Shown here piece after piece: positions 62,379 to 62,585 of a stretch of 62,585 bases of DNA. Each line of letters begins with the position of its first letter. Positions within the stretch are counted from its first letter, which is position 1. The stretch lies in IMG/VR virus record IMGVR_UViG_3300031787_000115, positions 1-62,585 of that record. One strand, 5' to 3'. Both the position numbers and the translations under genes were made by a program. The notes under the pieces were generated by a model. It did not search any database, had not been told where the DNA came from, and was given only the letters and a program-made list of their open reading frames with translations. This stretch comes from a virus. Lineage: Duplodnaviria > Caudoviricetes.

Positions 62379-62585
62379 GGTGGTGTTGGTGGTGCCGGCT
62401 GATCCTAGTGGTGCTGCTTCCATTTGGAAACGCGAGCAGAGTGACGGACGCTACGGCCTGGCGCGAGGGCCTGGCGCAGGGTGGCGGGGAGAGCGGCAGC
62501 CCGGGGCAACCCGGGCCTTTCCTCAGCTCAGCAGGGTGGCCAGGCCGACCGCCAGCAGATGGGCGGCGAGGTTGGAGAGGCTGCG
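62339..62585 (+). repeat. Terminal direct repeat / circularisation overlap, copy 2
   Basis: Matches 1-247 with 2 mismatches. Confidence 0.97.

Overview
The window is very likely a complete, circularly permuted genome (~62,338 bp unique plus a 247-bp terminal overlap) of a GC-rich temperate siphovirus. The inferred host is a picocyanobacterium (Cyanobium/Synechococcus-like), based on the cyanobacterial-type DnaN, Dcd, tyrosine integrase and an attP matching the 3' half of tRNA-Val(TAC). Modules: recombination (RusA, SSB, ERF, Gp157); replication (initiator with internal iterons, DnaN, mini PolX, SNF2-like helicase, DNA methyltransferase, PAPS-reductase-like protein); integration; lysis; and head/tail genes with a phage-encoded sigma factor. 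The standout observation is two independent loci that each pair a stand-alone Cas7/RAMP-like gene and an accessory gene with non-coding arrays built from 5-nt units (semi-constant triplet + variable dinucleotide). Locus 1 (4040-6035, - strand) has hairpin-delimited ~140-nt cassettes. Locus 2 (58545-61626, + strand) has a ~1.75-kb GGC-NN array. This looks like a non-CRISPR RNA-guided system and resembles, from memory and unverified here, the recently reported VIPR architecture. Other notable features are six highly basic proteins sharing the N-terminal tag M(A/S)RxYxRDxxGRF, a ~27-copy GG(A/C)AAC-type late promoter motif matching a sigma factor that appears to lack its -35 helix, and a 12-bp palindromic operator at early promoters. 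All protein assignments come from motif recognition by eye; no database searches were run.
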